NCBI GenBank assembly: GCA_963717505.1
Contig: OY970342.1
Span: 3,456,001 to 3,520,000, forward strand
Source of the DNA: Candidatus Eiseniibacteriota bacterium
GTDB lineage: Bacteria > Eisenbacteria > RBG-16-71-46
Direction: 5' to 3'
Length of the DNA: 64,000 nt
The notes under the pieces were generated by a model. The model worked only from the letters and a program-made list of their open reading frames with translations, was not told the DNA's origin and did not search any database. A program made the position numbers and the translations under genes. Below, in pieces: positions 9,524 to 18,352 of the stretch (the stretch's first letter is position 1; each line of letters opens with the position of its first letter).

Positions 9524-9845
9524 ACACACAAACGACAACGGGCGCGGGACAGGCGCGATGATGGGATTCCTGCTTGGCGCCGCCGTGGGTGCGGGCGTGG
9601 CGCTCTTGATGGCGCCGGCTTCCGGCCCCGAGACGCGACGACGCCTCGGTCAGACGGCCCGCCGCTGGGGCGCCGGCATGCGCGACGGAATCGGCCAGGC
9701 GCGAGAACATTTCGGTGAACTGAAGAGTGAAGTGCACGGACGAATCGGCGAACTGCGGCACGACGTGAATACCGCCGTTGCCGCCGGTCGCGAAGCCTTC
9801 ACGCGGGAACGTGATGGTCGAGCGAATCCGACGACACAGCCTTAG
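9516..9845 (+). CDS. YtxH domain protein
   Basis: GFLLGAAVGAGVALLMAPASGPETRRRL signature. Confidence 0.88.
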   Translation: MNEHTNDNGRGTGAMMGFLLGAAVGAGVALLMAPASGPETRRRLGQTARRWGAGMRDGIGQAREHFGELKSEVHGRIGELRHDVNTAVAAGREAFTRERDGRANPTTQP

Positions 9846-9887
9846 CCGCGATCGGTGCTGCCGGGTCGATCGTGGATCGGAGGAACG

Positions 9888-10103
9888 ATGAAAGCGATCA
9901 GTGTGTTCTTGATTGTGCTGGGCATCATCGGCCTTGCCTACGGCGGCGTCGTCTACACGCAGCGAGAGAAGGTGATCGACGCCGGGCCGTTCCAGGCCAG
10001 CGTCGACCGGGAGAAACGAATTCCCTTGCCGCCGGCGGCGGGAGCCGTCGCCTTGGTCGCGGGCTTGATTCTGCTCACCCGTCGGACCCGGACCTCGTGG
10101 TGA
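9888..10103 (+). CDS. Small two-TM membrane protein (DUF3185-like)
   Basis: RBS GGAGG; LIVLGIIGLAYGG..YT.REKVIDAGP...IPLPP..GAVALVAG. Confidence 0.7.
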   Translation: MKAISVFLIVLGIIGLAYGGVVYTQREKVIDAGPFQASVDREKRIPLPPAAGAVALVAGLILLTRRTRTSW

Positions 10104-10107
10104 CGTC

Positions 10108-11775
10108 ATGGCCGTCGGTCACGCTCCGGTCGTAAGGGCTCCGCGGAAGTCGGGGCCCCGTTTCATGGAAAAGGCTGAAGACTGCGCGACGGACGTCGGG
10201 TCAGCCCGGACGTCCGTTCGCGCGCTTGTCTTCGCCAACCCGGTCGCGCCGAACGCCGAGATGGAGCGACTGCGGGCTGCGCTCGACGCCCACGTCGGAG
10301 TCGGCTCCTACCGACTCGTCGAGACGGCGCGCGGACCGGAGTTCGCCGCCGAGGCCGAGTGCGAACTGATCGAAGCCGCCAGCGGCGGCTGCGAGCTGGT
10401 GCTGGCCGCGGGCGGCGATGGCACCATTTCGATGGTTGCGGAAATCCTCTATCGATTGGGCGACCCGGTGGCGAGCATGGTGCTGGGGATCGTTCCCTGC
10501 GGGACTGCGAACATCCTGGCGCAGGAGCTGGAGATCCCGTCGGCGATCGAAGACGCGGTGGCGCTCGCCGTCACCCGTCCGCGGGTGGTGCCGCTCGACG
10601 GCATCGCGGTCGGGGAACGTCTTTGCCTGACCCAGGTCGGCATCGGCCTCGACGCGACCATGATTCGGGAGACGAGTCGCGAAGCGCAGCAGCGCTACAA
10701 ACGTCTGTCGTACCTGGCGACCCTGGCCCGACGCACCATGGGACACCGGTCGCAGGCGTTTCGCATCCGCATCGACGGCAGACCGTTTCGCATCCGCGCC
10801 TGGCAGGTGCTGGTGGCCAACGCCTCGACGCTCGGCACTCGTCCGTTCGTCTGGGGACCGGACATCGATCCCACCGACGGCGTCGCGGATCTCTGCATCT
10901 TCCAGGTCCAGCACCTGCGCGACCTGTTGAGCTTGATCTGGACGACGCTGACTGGCCGGCTCGAGAGCAACCCAAACGCCCAGTTCCTGCGTGCACGGAA
11001 GGAAGTGCAGGTCGAGTCCAACCGGCGGCTGCCGGTGCAAGGCGATGGCGAATCGCTCGGCTTCACGCCGGTGCGCCTTGTGGTCGCGACCAATGCGGTA
11101 CGGGTCGCGGTTCCCGCGCCCAAGGAGACCGTCGCCACCGAAGGCCCGGTCGTCGCTCCAGCCCTGCCGGGCACGAATGGTGCTCGACCCGCGCTTCCGG
11201 GCCGCGCGATCCGCTCGTTCTGGGCGCAGTGGCGGGCGCGACTCGGCCACGCCGACACCGCCGCCTTCCTGGCGATCAACCGTCTGAGCGGCGGGCCTCG
11301 GATGGATCGTCTACTGGCCTTCGCCTCGCGCATTCTGGACTGGGGAGAGATCTGGGCCTTGCTGGCGCTCGCGATCGCCCTCTACGACCGGAGCCGTTCT
11401 CATGTTCCGCTCATGGTGCTGCCACCGCTCTGGCTCGCGATGCTGACGGTCAACGGTCCGGTCAAGAATGCCTTCCTGCGTCAACGCCCATTCCTGATCC
11501 ACGAGCGTGCGCGCCTGATCGGCCGAACTCCGCTGGACTCGTCGTTCCCCTCGGGTCATACGGCGGCGGCCTTCGCGGGAGCCGCACTGCTCGGCGCGCA
11601 TCTTCCTGCCCTCGCGCCGGTTTTTTGGGCGTATGCGGCGTTGGTCGGGTTCTCGCGCGTCTATCTGGGCGCCCACTTTCCCGCCGACGTAGTGGTCGGT
11701 GGACTGGTCGGGGCGGGACTCGCGATTCTCTACGGTGGGCTCTGGTCGCTCGTCACCCCGTGGATCGTCAAGTGA
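10108..11775 (+). CDS. YegS/DagK-family lipid kinase fused to a C-terminal PAP2 phosphatase
   Basis: Kinase motifs ANP, AGGDGT, PCGTAN, GIGLDA, QGDGE. PAP2 motifs K..F.R.RP, SFPSGH, SRVYLGAHFPADV. The start could be the ATG at 10165. Confidence 0.88.
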   Translation: MAVGHAPVVRAPRKSGPRFMEKAEDCATDVGSARTSVRALVFANPVAPNAEMERLRAALDAHVGVGSYRLVETARGPEFAAEAECELIEAASGGCELVLAAGGDGTISMVAEILYRLGDPVASMVLGIVPCGTANILAQELEIPSAIEDAVALAVTRPRVVPLDGIAVGERLCLTQVGIGLDATMIRETSREAQQRYKRLSYLATLARRTMGHRSQAFRIRIDGRPFRIRAWQVLVANASTLGTRPFVWGPDIDPTDGVADLCIFQVQHLRDLLSLIWTTLTGRLESNPNAQFLRARKEVQVESNRRLPVQGDGESLGFTPVRLVVATNAVRVAVPAPKETVATEGPVVAPALPGTNGARPALPGRAIRSFWAQWRARLGHADTAAFLAINRLSGGPRMDRLLAFASRILDWGEIWALLALAIALYDRSRSHVPLMVLPPLWLAMLTVNGPVKNAFLRQRPFLIHERARLIGRTPLDSSFPSGHTAAAFAGAALLGAHLPALAPVFWAYAALVGFSRVYLGAHFPADVVVGGLVGAGLAILYGGLWSLVTPWIVK

Positions 11776-11839
11776 AGGAGCAGGGCTCGGCTCCTGCCGA
11801 CGCCGAGCCCGCTGCCCTCGGGGTGCGGCCCCCGGCTTC

Positions 11840-12046
11840 CTAGGCTCCGAACACGATCCTCAGGGTCTCGGCCATGGCCTCTTCCCAGGTCTCCGCTTCC
11901 CACATCGGCAGGTCTGCCGACCAGAATCCGACGCACTTGAGCTCCACGATGTCTTCGCGATTCTCGTGGGTCACCACCACCGCCTGCGCGACCCACGCCG
12001 ACAGCCCGAGTCGGGCCGCAGCCTCTTGTGCTTGCTGAGTCGTCAT
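11840..12046 (-). CDS. Small hypothetical protein
   Basis: 68-aa ORF with a purine-rich RBS-like stretch (GAAAGGGG) upstream; no recognisable domain. Confidence 0.4.
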   Translation of the reverse strand: MTTQQAQEAAARLGLSAWVAQAVVVTHENREDIVELKCVGFWSADLPMWEAETWEEAMAETLRIVFGA

Positions 12047-12230
12047 TTTCGCCACCCCTTTCCAGTGCGCTTTCGTTTTCTGCCAACCGTCCTCTTCGTT
12101 TCAAACCGCTTCAATCATGAGAACGACGAAGGGCCAGGAACCGCACATGCAGGGGGGAGACTCGGATCGAGGAGCGCGGGATGCGGGCCAAGATCGGGGG
12201 TCGGCCGAGTACCTGGGAGGACCACGAAAC

Positions 12231-12257
12231 AGGGGAGGGCTCGGTGAGCCCTCCCCT
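12231..12257 (-). terminator. Hairpin terminator after the LamG surface protein gene
   Basis: AGGGGAGGGCTC-GGT-GAGCCCTCCCCT, perfect 12-bp stem, followed by GTTT on the minus strand about 25 nt past the stop. Confidence 0.7.
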
Positions 12258-12282
12258 CGAATACCGACGGTGAACCGCGGAT

Positions 12283-15200
12283 CTAGCGGGTCATGACCAG
12301 CTTGCGCACCTGACGACCTCCGGGCTTCACGTAAGACACGAAGTAGATCCCCGGAGCCACGGCGCCCCGCTTGGTTCGGCCGTCCCAGGCGACCGAATGG
12401 CGGCCCGGGGCAAACGTGCCCTCGGCGAGGACGTGGACCTCGTGACCGGTCACGTCCAGCACGCTCAACCGCACGTGCGATTCGCTCGCGACCGTGAACT
12501 CGATGGCAGTCCGGTCCTTGACCGGGTTGGGCCAGATTCGACTCAGGGCGAACTCACGGGGCAGTTCTTCGACGGCCGTGGTCTGTCCAAAGACCGCGGT
12601 GATCGTGTGGTCGGCTACGACGTCGGGGAACGTGTAACTCGGGTCGGTGCCGACCCCCTGTCCGTCCACGATGACATTGACGATGATGAATCCGGGATCG
12701 GGGGTGATCGTGTAGGTCTGGTCGTCGCCGCACGCCACGACCGAGCTGCCGGCGGGGGAGATCGTGCCCGAGCCGATCGCCTGAGCCACGATGGTCGACG
12801 CCGTCGCGGTAAAGGTCACGGCGATCGTGTGGTTCTGGTGGACGTTGCTGAACGTGAATGCCGCCACGGCGCCGATCGACGACCCGTCGATCAGCACGTT
12901 CGCGACCCTGTAACAGGCATCGGCCACGATCGTGTACGACTGCGCCCCGCCGCACGCGACGATGGTGTTGCCGGCCGGCGTGATCGATCCGCCGGTGCCG
13001 GCCGAAGCGTCGATCGCGAACGGACCGCTCAGCACGAACGAGGCCGAGATCGTGTGGCTGGCCTGGAGGTTGGTGAAGGTGAAGAAGCCGGCCGGGCCGA
13101 CCGAGAGGCCGTCGACCAGGACGTCAGCGATCGCGTAGCAGGGTTCGGGCGAGATCGTGAACATCTGGTCGGAGCCGCATGCGTACGCCGCGCTGCCGAT
13201 CGGCGTGATCGAGCCGCCGGCGCCGGCGGAGGCCTCGATGGTGAAGCTCAGGAGGCTGAAGGTCGCGGCGATCGTGTGGCTCGCCTGGACGTTGGTGAAT
13301 GTGTAGCCCGAAACCGCCCCGACCGACACACCGTCGACCAGAACGTCGGCGATCACGTAGCAGGGGTTCGGCGTGATGGTGTATGCCTGATCGGCGCCGC
13401 ACGCGACGAGGGTGGGGCCGCTCGGCGTGATCGCGCCACCCGGGCCGGCAGTGGCGGTGATGATGTTGCCCGCTTCGACGAACGACGCGGCGATCGTGTG
13501 CGACTCGCGAACGTTGAGGAAGCCGTACTCGGCCACCGGTCCGACCGAAACGCCATCGACCAGGACGTCGGCGACCGCGAAGCAGGGATCTGCGGTGATC
13601 GTGTAGGCCTGGTTGCCCTGGTGGGGCACGGCGGTGACTCCGGCCGGAGCGATCGCGCCATGGTCGCCCGCAGTGGCGGTGATGTCGTGCGTGATCGCAA
13701 CATTGAACGGGGCGCACGCCGTCCGGTCCCAGTTGCTGACCGGGGTCCCGGCGATCGCGCCGTGGATACCGGTGCCGGCGGTGCCGTATGCGATGGCGCC
13801 TGCAGCCTCGTTGAGCGCCCAGCGGCCGACCAGTCCGGCCTGAGCCGAGGCGATCTGGCTGTTGATCTCGTCCTGAACCTGCGACTGGGTCCGCGCGTAG
13901 TTCCAGATCCGCACTTCGTCGATCGCGCCGTCGAAGAACCCGTCTGCCGCGGACGCCGAATTGAGGGCACTCGCCAGCGCCACCGGCAATGTGCTCGAAG
14001 AGGACAGCGGCTGGCCCACGGCGAGCGAGGCCTCGAGCGCGCCGTCCAGGTAGAGCTTCCAGGTCGATCCGTCGTAGGTCGCCGCCACGTGATGCCAGGT
14101 GCCGAGGCCGACCGGCGTGGTTCCGGCGACCGGGTGATTCAGGCTCGGCGTCGCACCACTCGCGCCTTCCTCGAAGTCAGCGGCGAGCACGCCGTCGGCG
14201 GCGCGGATGCCCAGGATGTAGTTGACGTCGAGTGCTTCGCTCTCCGACTCGTCGCGGCCCTTGGCGATCAACGGGACCAGATCGGCAATGCCGCCGGTCG
14301 CGGTTCCGGTGCCGGCACCGTCGCGCCGCATCCACAGCTCGAGGGTCATCGCCGAGAGCCGAAGCGCTGCCGGATTGCCGAACGACACGAAGCCTTCGCT
14401 ACCTGCCCCGTCGGGATCGAACGACAACGCCTGACACGGTTCGGCGGTGGTCGTGGCGCAGGCGACGCCCGAATACGGCGAGGGCCCGCAGTCGCCCGTA
14501 GCGCGCACTCGATAGCAGTACTCGGTCGACGCCGCGAGCGGAGCGTCGGTGTAGGCGGTCGCATCGACGCCGAGCGTGGCGATCACGGCGAACGGGCCCG
14601 AGGTGCCGCTGGTCGAGCGCTCGACCGCGTAACCGGTCTCGTTCGACGCGACATCGGTCCAAGCGAGCTGGACCTGAACGCCGTCCGGAGCCGAAGCGGT
14701 CAGACCGGTGGGAGCCGCGGGAGCCGATGAAGCAATCGCATCGAACGGCGATCCCGAGACCCAGGTGGGGCCGTTCATCAGGATTCCGTGCGGAACCCCG
14801 AGCGAGTTGTCGACCGTGAGACCGTCGCCTTCACTCATGCCCCAGCGACCCAGGAGTCCGGCGCCGCTGCTCAGTTCCTGGTTCATTCCGGCGGTGATCT
14901 CGCACTCGGAGTGGGCAACATTCCAGATGCGGGCTTCGTCGAGCACGCCGTGGAACAGGCCCTGAACCTCGCCGCTCGGCGTGACCCCATTCGAAGCCAG
15001 TGCGGTTCCGAGCGAGGCGTGCTGAATGCTGGATGACTGTGGCAGCCGGCCCGTGCCCAGATCGAGCGAACTCTCCAGCGCGCCGTTCAGGTAGACCTTG
15101 AGCGTGGTGCCGTCGAACGTCGCGGCCGCGTGATACCACACGTTGTCCGCGATGACCGTGGTGCCCCACAGCGGATGGTTCTGCCCCGGCGTGGTCTGGC

Positions 15201-16182
15201 CGGTGCCTTCCTCGAAATCGACACCGATCACCGGCCCGGCGAACGGCCGGATGCCGAGGATGTAGTTCATGTCGACCGTCGAGCCGTCGTTCTCGGCGAT
15301 ACCCTTGGCCATCAGTGGAACGATGTTCATGCCGCCGGCTCCGGTGTTGGTCGAGGTCCCGGGCCCGGTGCGCTTGAACCAGGTTTCGATCGTGAAGTTG
15401 GTGGCGCCGAGCGCGGGCGCCTGACCGAAGGTCACGTAGTCGTCGACGCCATCGAAGGAGAGTCCGGTCGCGAGCCCACCGGCGACCGGCTCGGCGATCG
15501 CGACGTTGTCGACCGCGAAGCTCGGACGCGCGCCCGCGCCGCTCACCTGGCGCTGGGCCCACCGCAACTGGACCACCGGCTGGCCGTCGCAGACCGCGGG
15601 CAGTGTGACGGACCGGTACTCGAGCTCTTGCGGCGTGACGGTGTTCCCGATCTGGATCGTCGTGCCGTTCTGGTATCCGGTGCCCGCCAGCGTCGTCCAT
15701 GATCCGGCAGTCCCGACCCGATACTGGAGCGCAATCTCGTTGATGCGCGTATTCGCTCCGCCGTTGTACGGGTTGCGCAGCGTCATCACCTCGTAGCGGA
15801 CGACGACGCCGGAAGCTCCGCTGGTGTTGATCGCGAGCCCGAGTCCAAAGTCGAGGGTGCCGCTGTTCAGCGGCCCGAACTTGCCGTTGTAGTTGTAGAT
15901 CGCCCCGGTGCCGATCGCGGCGGTGCCCGACGCGACCAGGGCCTGGTCGGCCGTCGGTCCGGTGGTCAGGAACGCGGCCCCGACCGTCCCGTTGGTCCAT
16001 CCCTGCCAGCCGGGCGGGAACGTGGAGGCGGCATGCGGGAGGGACTTGAAGTCCTGGGCGTACGGCAAAGCCTGTGGAGTCGGCTGGGTTTGGGCTTGGC
16101 CGATGGCCGGGTAGACGAAGAGACAAATCGCAATCGCGACCGGAATGGCCGCGCCGCGCAGTACGGCGGTTGCTGCCTTCAT
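12283..16182 (-). CDS. Secreted protein: N-terminal domain, two LamG-like jellyrolls, FN3, five divergent InlB B-type repeats, FlgD-Ig/T9SS-like tail
   Basis: RBS GGAGG and signal peptide. W.H.AAT.DG...K.Y..G and G..DE.RIWN occur twice; FN3 APTGLTA...LAW...Y.YRVRA; five ~73-aa ITATAG.GG.I.P repeats; tail WPNP...WDGR...APGIYFV...RKLV. Confidence 0.85.
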   Translation of the reverse strand: MKAATAVLRGAAIPVAIAICLFVYPAIGQAQTQPTPQALPYAQDFKSLPHAASTFPPGWQGWTNGTVGAAFLTTGPTADQALVASGTAAIGTGAIYNYNGKFGPLNSGTLDFGLGLAINTSGASGVVVRYEVMTLRNPYNGGANTRINEIALQYRVGTAGSWTTLAGTGYQNGTTIQIGNTVTPQELEYRSVTLPAVCDGQPVVQLRWAQRQVSGAGARPSFAVDNVAIAEPVAGGLATGLSFDGVDDYVTFGQAPALGATNFTIETWFKRTGPGTSTNTGAGGMNIVPLMAKGIAENDGSTVDMNYILGIRPFAGPVIGVDFEEGTGQTTPGQNHPLWGTTVIADNVWYHAAATFDGTTLKVYLNGALESSLDLGTGRLPQSSSIQHASLGTALASNGVTPSGEVQGLFHGVLDEARIWNVAHSECEITAGMNQELSSGAGLLGRWGMSEGDGLTVDNSLGVPHGILMNGPTWVSGSPFDAIASSAPAAPTGLTASAPDGVQVQLAWTDVASNETGYAVERSTSGTSGPFAVIATLGVDATAYTDAPLAASTEYCYRVRATGDCGPSPYSGVACATTTAEPCQALSFDPDGAGSEGFVSFGNPAALRLSAMTLELWMRRDGAGTGTATGGIADLVPLIAKGRDESESEALDVNYILGIRAADGVLAADFEEGASGATPSLNHPVAGTTPVGLGTWHHVAATYDGSTWKLYLDGALEASLAVGQPLSSSSTLPVALASALNSASAADGFFDGAIDEVRIWNYARTQSQVQDEINSQIASAQAGLVGRWALNEAAGAIAYGTAGTGIHGAIAGTPVSNWDRTACAPFNVAITHDITATAGDHGAIAPAGVTAVPHQGNQAYTITADPCFAVADVLVDGVSVGPVAEYGFLNVRESHTIAASFVEAGNIITATAGPGGAITPSGPTLVACGADQAYTITPNPCYVIADVLVDGVSVGAVSGYTFTNVQASHTIAATFSLLSFTIEASAGAGGSITPIGSAAYACGSDQMFTISPEPCYAIADVLVDGLSVGPAGFFTFTNLQASHTISASFVLSGPFAIDASAGTGGSITPAGNTIVACGGAQSYTIVADACYRVANVLIDGSSIGAVAAFTFSNVHQNHTIAVTFTATASTIVAQAIGSGTISPAGSSVVACGDDQTYTITPDPGFIIVNVIVDGQGVGTDPSYTFPDVVADHTITAVFGQTTAVEELPREFALSRIWPNPVKDRTAIEFTVASESHVRLSVLDVTGHEVHVLAEGTFAPGRHSVAWDGRTKRGAVAPGIYFVSYVKPGGRQVRKLVMTR

Positions 16183-16461
16183 TCCAAAAACCTCCCAGTC
16201 GGTTCCAGGCGCCCGGTTGTTTTCAGTGACTAAGCGTAGGCGAGTGCCACGGAACCGCAACGAAAAACCGGCGGCGGGTCACACGGAGACATTGCAAGGT
16301 CGCGCGGAGTGCGCAACGCATGCGATCTGCACTAGAGACGACCAGGATCGACGTGCGAAAAGGATCGAGGCGGGAGGGTATCGGGTCCGGAACACACAGC
16401 GGAGAGGGGTTCCGCGTTCCGGTCACTGCAAGCGGGACCGGCAGGATGCCGTAGGGGGCGG

Positions 16462-16520
16462 AAAAAATCAACCGCCGGCCGGAGGGTCCGTATTTCCCAT
16501 ACGGACCGCCGGCACGGCGG
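16462..16520 (-). terminator. Intrinsic terminator-like hairpin with U-tract
   Basis: Core stem GGTCCGTAT/ATACGGACC (16485-16507), extended by CCGCCG/CGGCGG, followed on the minus strand by TTGATTTTTT. Confidence 0.6.
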
Positions 16521-16597
16521 GCGCGCGGCCCAACGATGTATTGCTACCTCAGTACTACCTCGCCTGGAGGCGATGGAGGTTGCCTCTCGCACGTTAT

Positions 16598-16624
16598 GTC
16601 GCAAAACGCGGCAGGGCGTTTACA
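16598..16624 (-). promoter_or_regulatory. Putative ECF sigma promoter (AAC-N16-CGAC)
   Basis: Minus strand TGTAAACG-N13-TGCGAC; same core and spacing as 17611-17633. Confidence 0.5.
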
Positions 16625-16655
16625 GATTTTCTGTGGTCCCGGTGGCCGCCGCCCC

Positions 16656-17564
16656 TCAGGGTCGGGGCCGACGGACCTGGAAACGGCCCTCGTAACCCAC
16701 AACCCCCGCGCCTCCCAGCATGATGCGGTGAGTGCCAGCCTCGAGGTCCTTGGCGGGAATAAGGAGAGCCAGGGCCTCCAGCTCATGGTCCCACGCCTCC
16801 ACCACTTCGATGGCGCCACTCCAGATGGTGCGGCCGTTGGACTCTCGAATCACCTCGACGTTCATCCGCCCGGACGGACTCGCCCCGGCAAAGGGACGAT
16901 GCTGGACGATTACCGGCTGCCAGAGCTGATCGGGGAGAATCGCCACGGACGGAACTCGGTCGACACCTCGGGTAGTGGCCGGCAAGTAGAGCAGCCGGAT
17001 GGCACCACCCCGGTCGGTGAGCTGTCGCTGCGCCAGCTCGCGGCTCAAGCGGGACTGCTCCGCCTTCAGCTCGCTCAATTGCCGGCCGGCCTCCTCGTGC
17101 GCGCGCAGCAGTTTGGGATGACGTGCCAAGCCCACGTACGCGGGGAAAGCCAGGATGATGAGTCCGGCTGCCAGAGCCGGCGCCAGCCAGGCAATCGCGC
17201 TTCCCGGAATCGAGATCGGGCCGGGGCCCGGCCGCCGCGTAGCAGCCTCCGCCCTGCGAGTCAGCAGGATTTCGTCGCTGCACGAGGCGCACTGCGCCAC
17301 GTGAGCCTCGATCTTCGACCGCTCCTCCGCGCTCAGCGCCGGATCCTCGAGGGCAAAGCTGACGATGTCCCGCGAGGTGGGGTGGGCCTCGAAAACGTTC
17401 GCCCCGCCCCGGGCCACGGCTGCCCGCACTTCATGCATTGCGGTCACCGCCTGGCGACACTCGGCACAGGTGCCGACGTGGGACCAGGCCTCGGTGGCCT
17501 GAGGCTCCGGGACCAGGTTCGAGAGCAGATCGGACAGCAATGGGACGACGTCTCGATGGGTCAT
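16656..17564 (-). CDS. Anti-sigma factor with two zf-HC2 (ZAS) motifs, a TM helix and an extracytoplasmic domain
   Basis: HVGTCAEC and HVAQCASC (HxxxCxxC twice), TM IAWLAPALAAGLIILAF, coiled coil; divergent from the ECF sigma gene. Confidence 0.8.
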   Translation of the reverse strand: MTHRDVVPLLSDLLSNLVPEPQATEAWSHVGTCAECRQAVTAMHEVRAAVARGGANVFEAHPTSRDIVSFALEDPALSAEERSKIEAHVAQCASCSDEILLTRRAEAATRRPGPGPISIPGSAIAWLAPALAAGLIILAFPAYVGLARHPKLLRAHEEAGRQLSELKAEQSRLSRELAQRQLTDRGGAIRLLYLPATTRGVDRVPSVAILPDQLWQPVIVQHRPFAGASPSGRMNVEVIRESNGRTIWSGAIEVVEAWDHELEALALLIPAKDLEAGTHRIMLGGAGVVGYEGRFQVRRPRP

Positions 17565-17610
17565 CGGCCTAACCCCCGGGTCTCATGTGCGTTCCCATTC
17601 CCCTGCTTTC

Positions 17611-17636
17611 GTCGCAGATAACCCGGATTCGTTGCG
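17611..17636 (-). promoter_or_regulatory. Putative ECF sigma promoter for the anti-sigma gene
   Basis: Minus strand CGCAACG-N13-TGCGAC, ending about 47 nt before the ATG at 17564. Confidence 0.5.
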
Positions 17637-17777
17637 AGGCTAATCATCCCCTGGACAATCCCAGCCCTCGGCGCATACCGTCTAGGGCGTTCAGAGCGGC
17701 TGGACGCCCCTCCCGGCGCCCGAACCCGGAAGGCCCCGGATGGGTCGGATTTCGGCACTTACGTCGAGCCGCGGCGA

Positions 17778-18350
17778 ATGACAGAAGACCGGGAGAGTCA
17801 AACCAGGGGCGACCAGGACCTGCTCCAGCGATTCATCGCTGGGGAGGCGGTCGCGTGTCGAAGGGTCGTGGACTGGGCACGCGAGATCGTGCGCTTCCGG
17901 CCTTACGGTATCCCACGACATGAGCACGAGGACATCGTCCAGGAGGCCGTCGGCATGGTCTGGCGGGCCTGCTCCAAGCCGGACTTCGTACTGCGGACGG
18001 GACTTCGGGCCCTGACCCGCCGCGTCGTCCTGGCGCGATGCGTCGACCAGCTTCGCCGCATGCGTCCCTCGGTGCCGATCGAGCCCAGCTTGGCCGACAC
18101 CCGGCCCGACCCCGAGCAGCAGCTGGCCCGACGCCAGCAATGGGCGCACGTCCAGCACGCGCTTCGCCAACTGGATGAGAGCTGTCGCGAGATCATCCGC
18201 CTCCATTTCCTCGACGAGGTCCCGTACTCCGAGCTGGCAGGACGACTCGGGCTCGCGACCCCGACGGTGCGCGTGCGCATGTTCCACTGCATGAAGGAAG
18301 TCCGCCGGTTGCTCGACGTCGAGCGCCAGGGGCCGCCTCACGGTCCCTGA
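17778..18350 (+). CDS. ECF (sigma-70 group 4) sigma factor
   Basis: 190 aa; region 2 EDIVQEA...RCVDQLRR; region 4 LRQLDESCREII.L...YSELA..LG...TVRVRMFHC. Confidence 0.9.
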   Translation: MTEDRESQTRGDQDLLQRFIAGEAVACRRVVDWAREIVRFRPYGIPRHEHEDIVQEAVGMVWRACSKPDFVLRTGLRALTRRVVLARCVDQLRRMRPSVPIEPSLADTRPDPEQQLARRQQWAHVQHALRQLDESCREIIRLHFLDEVPYSELAGRLGLATPTVRVRMFHCMKEVRRLLDVERQGPPHGP

Positions 18351-18352
18351 GC

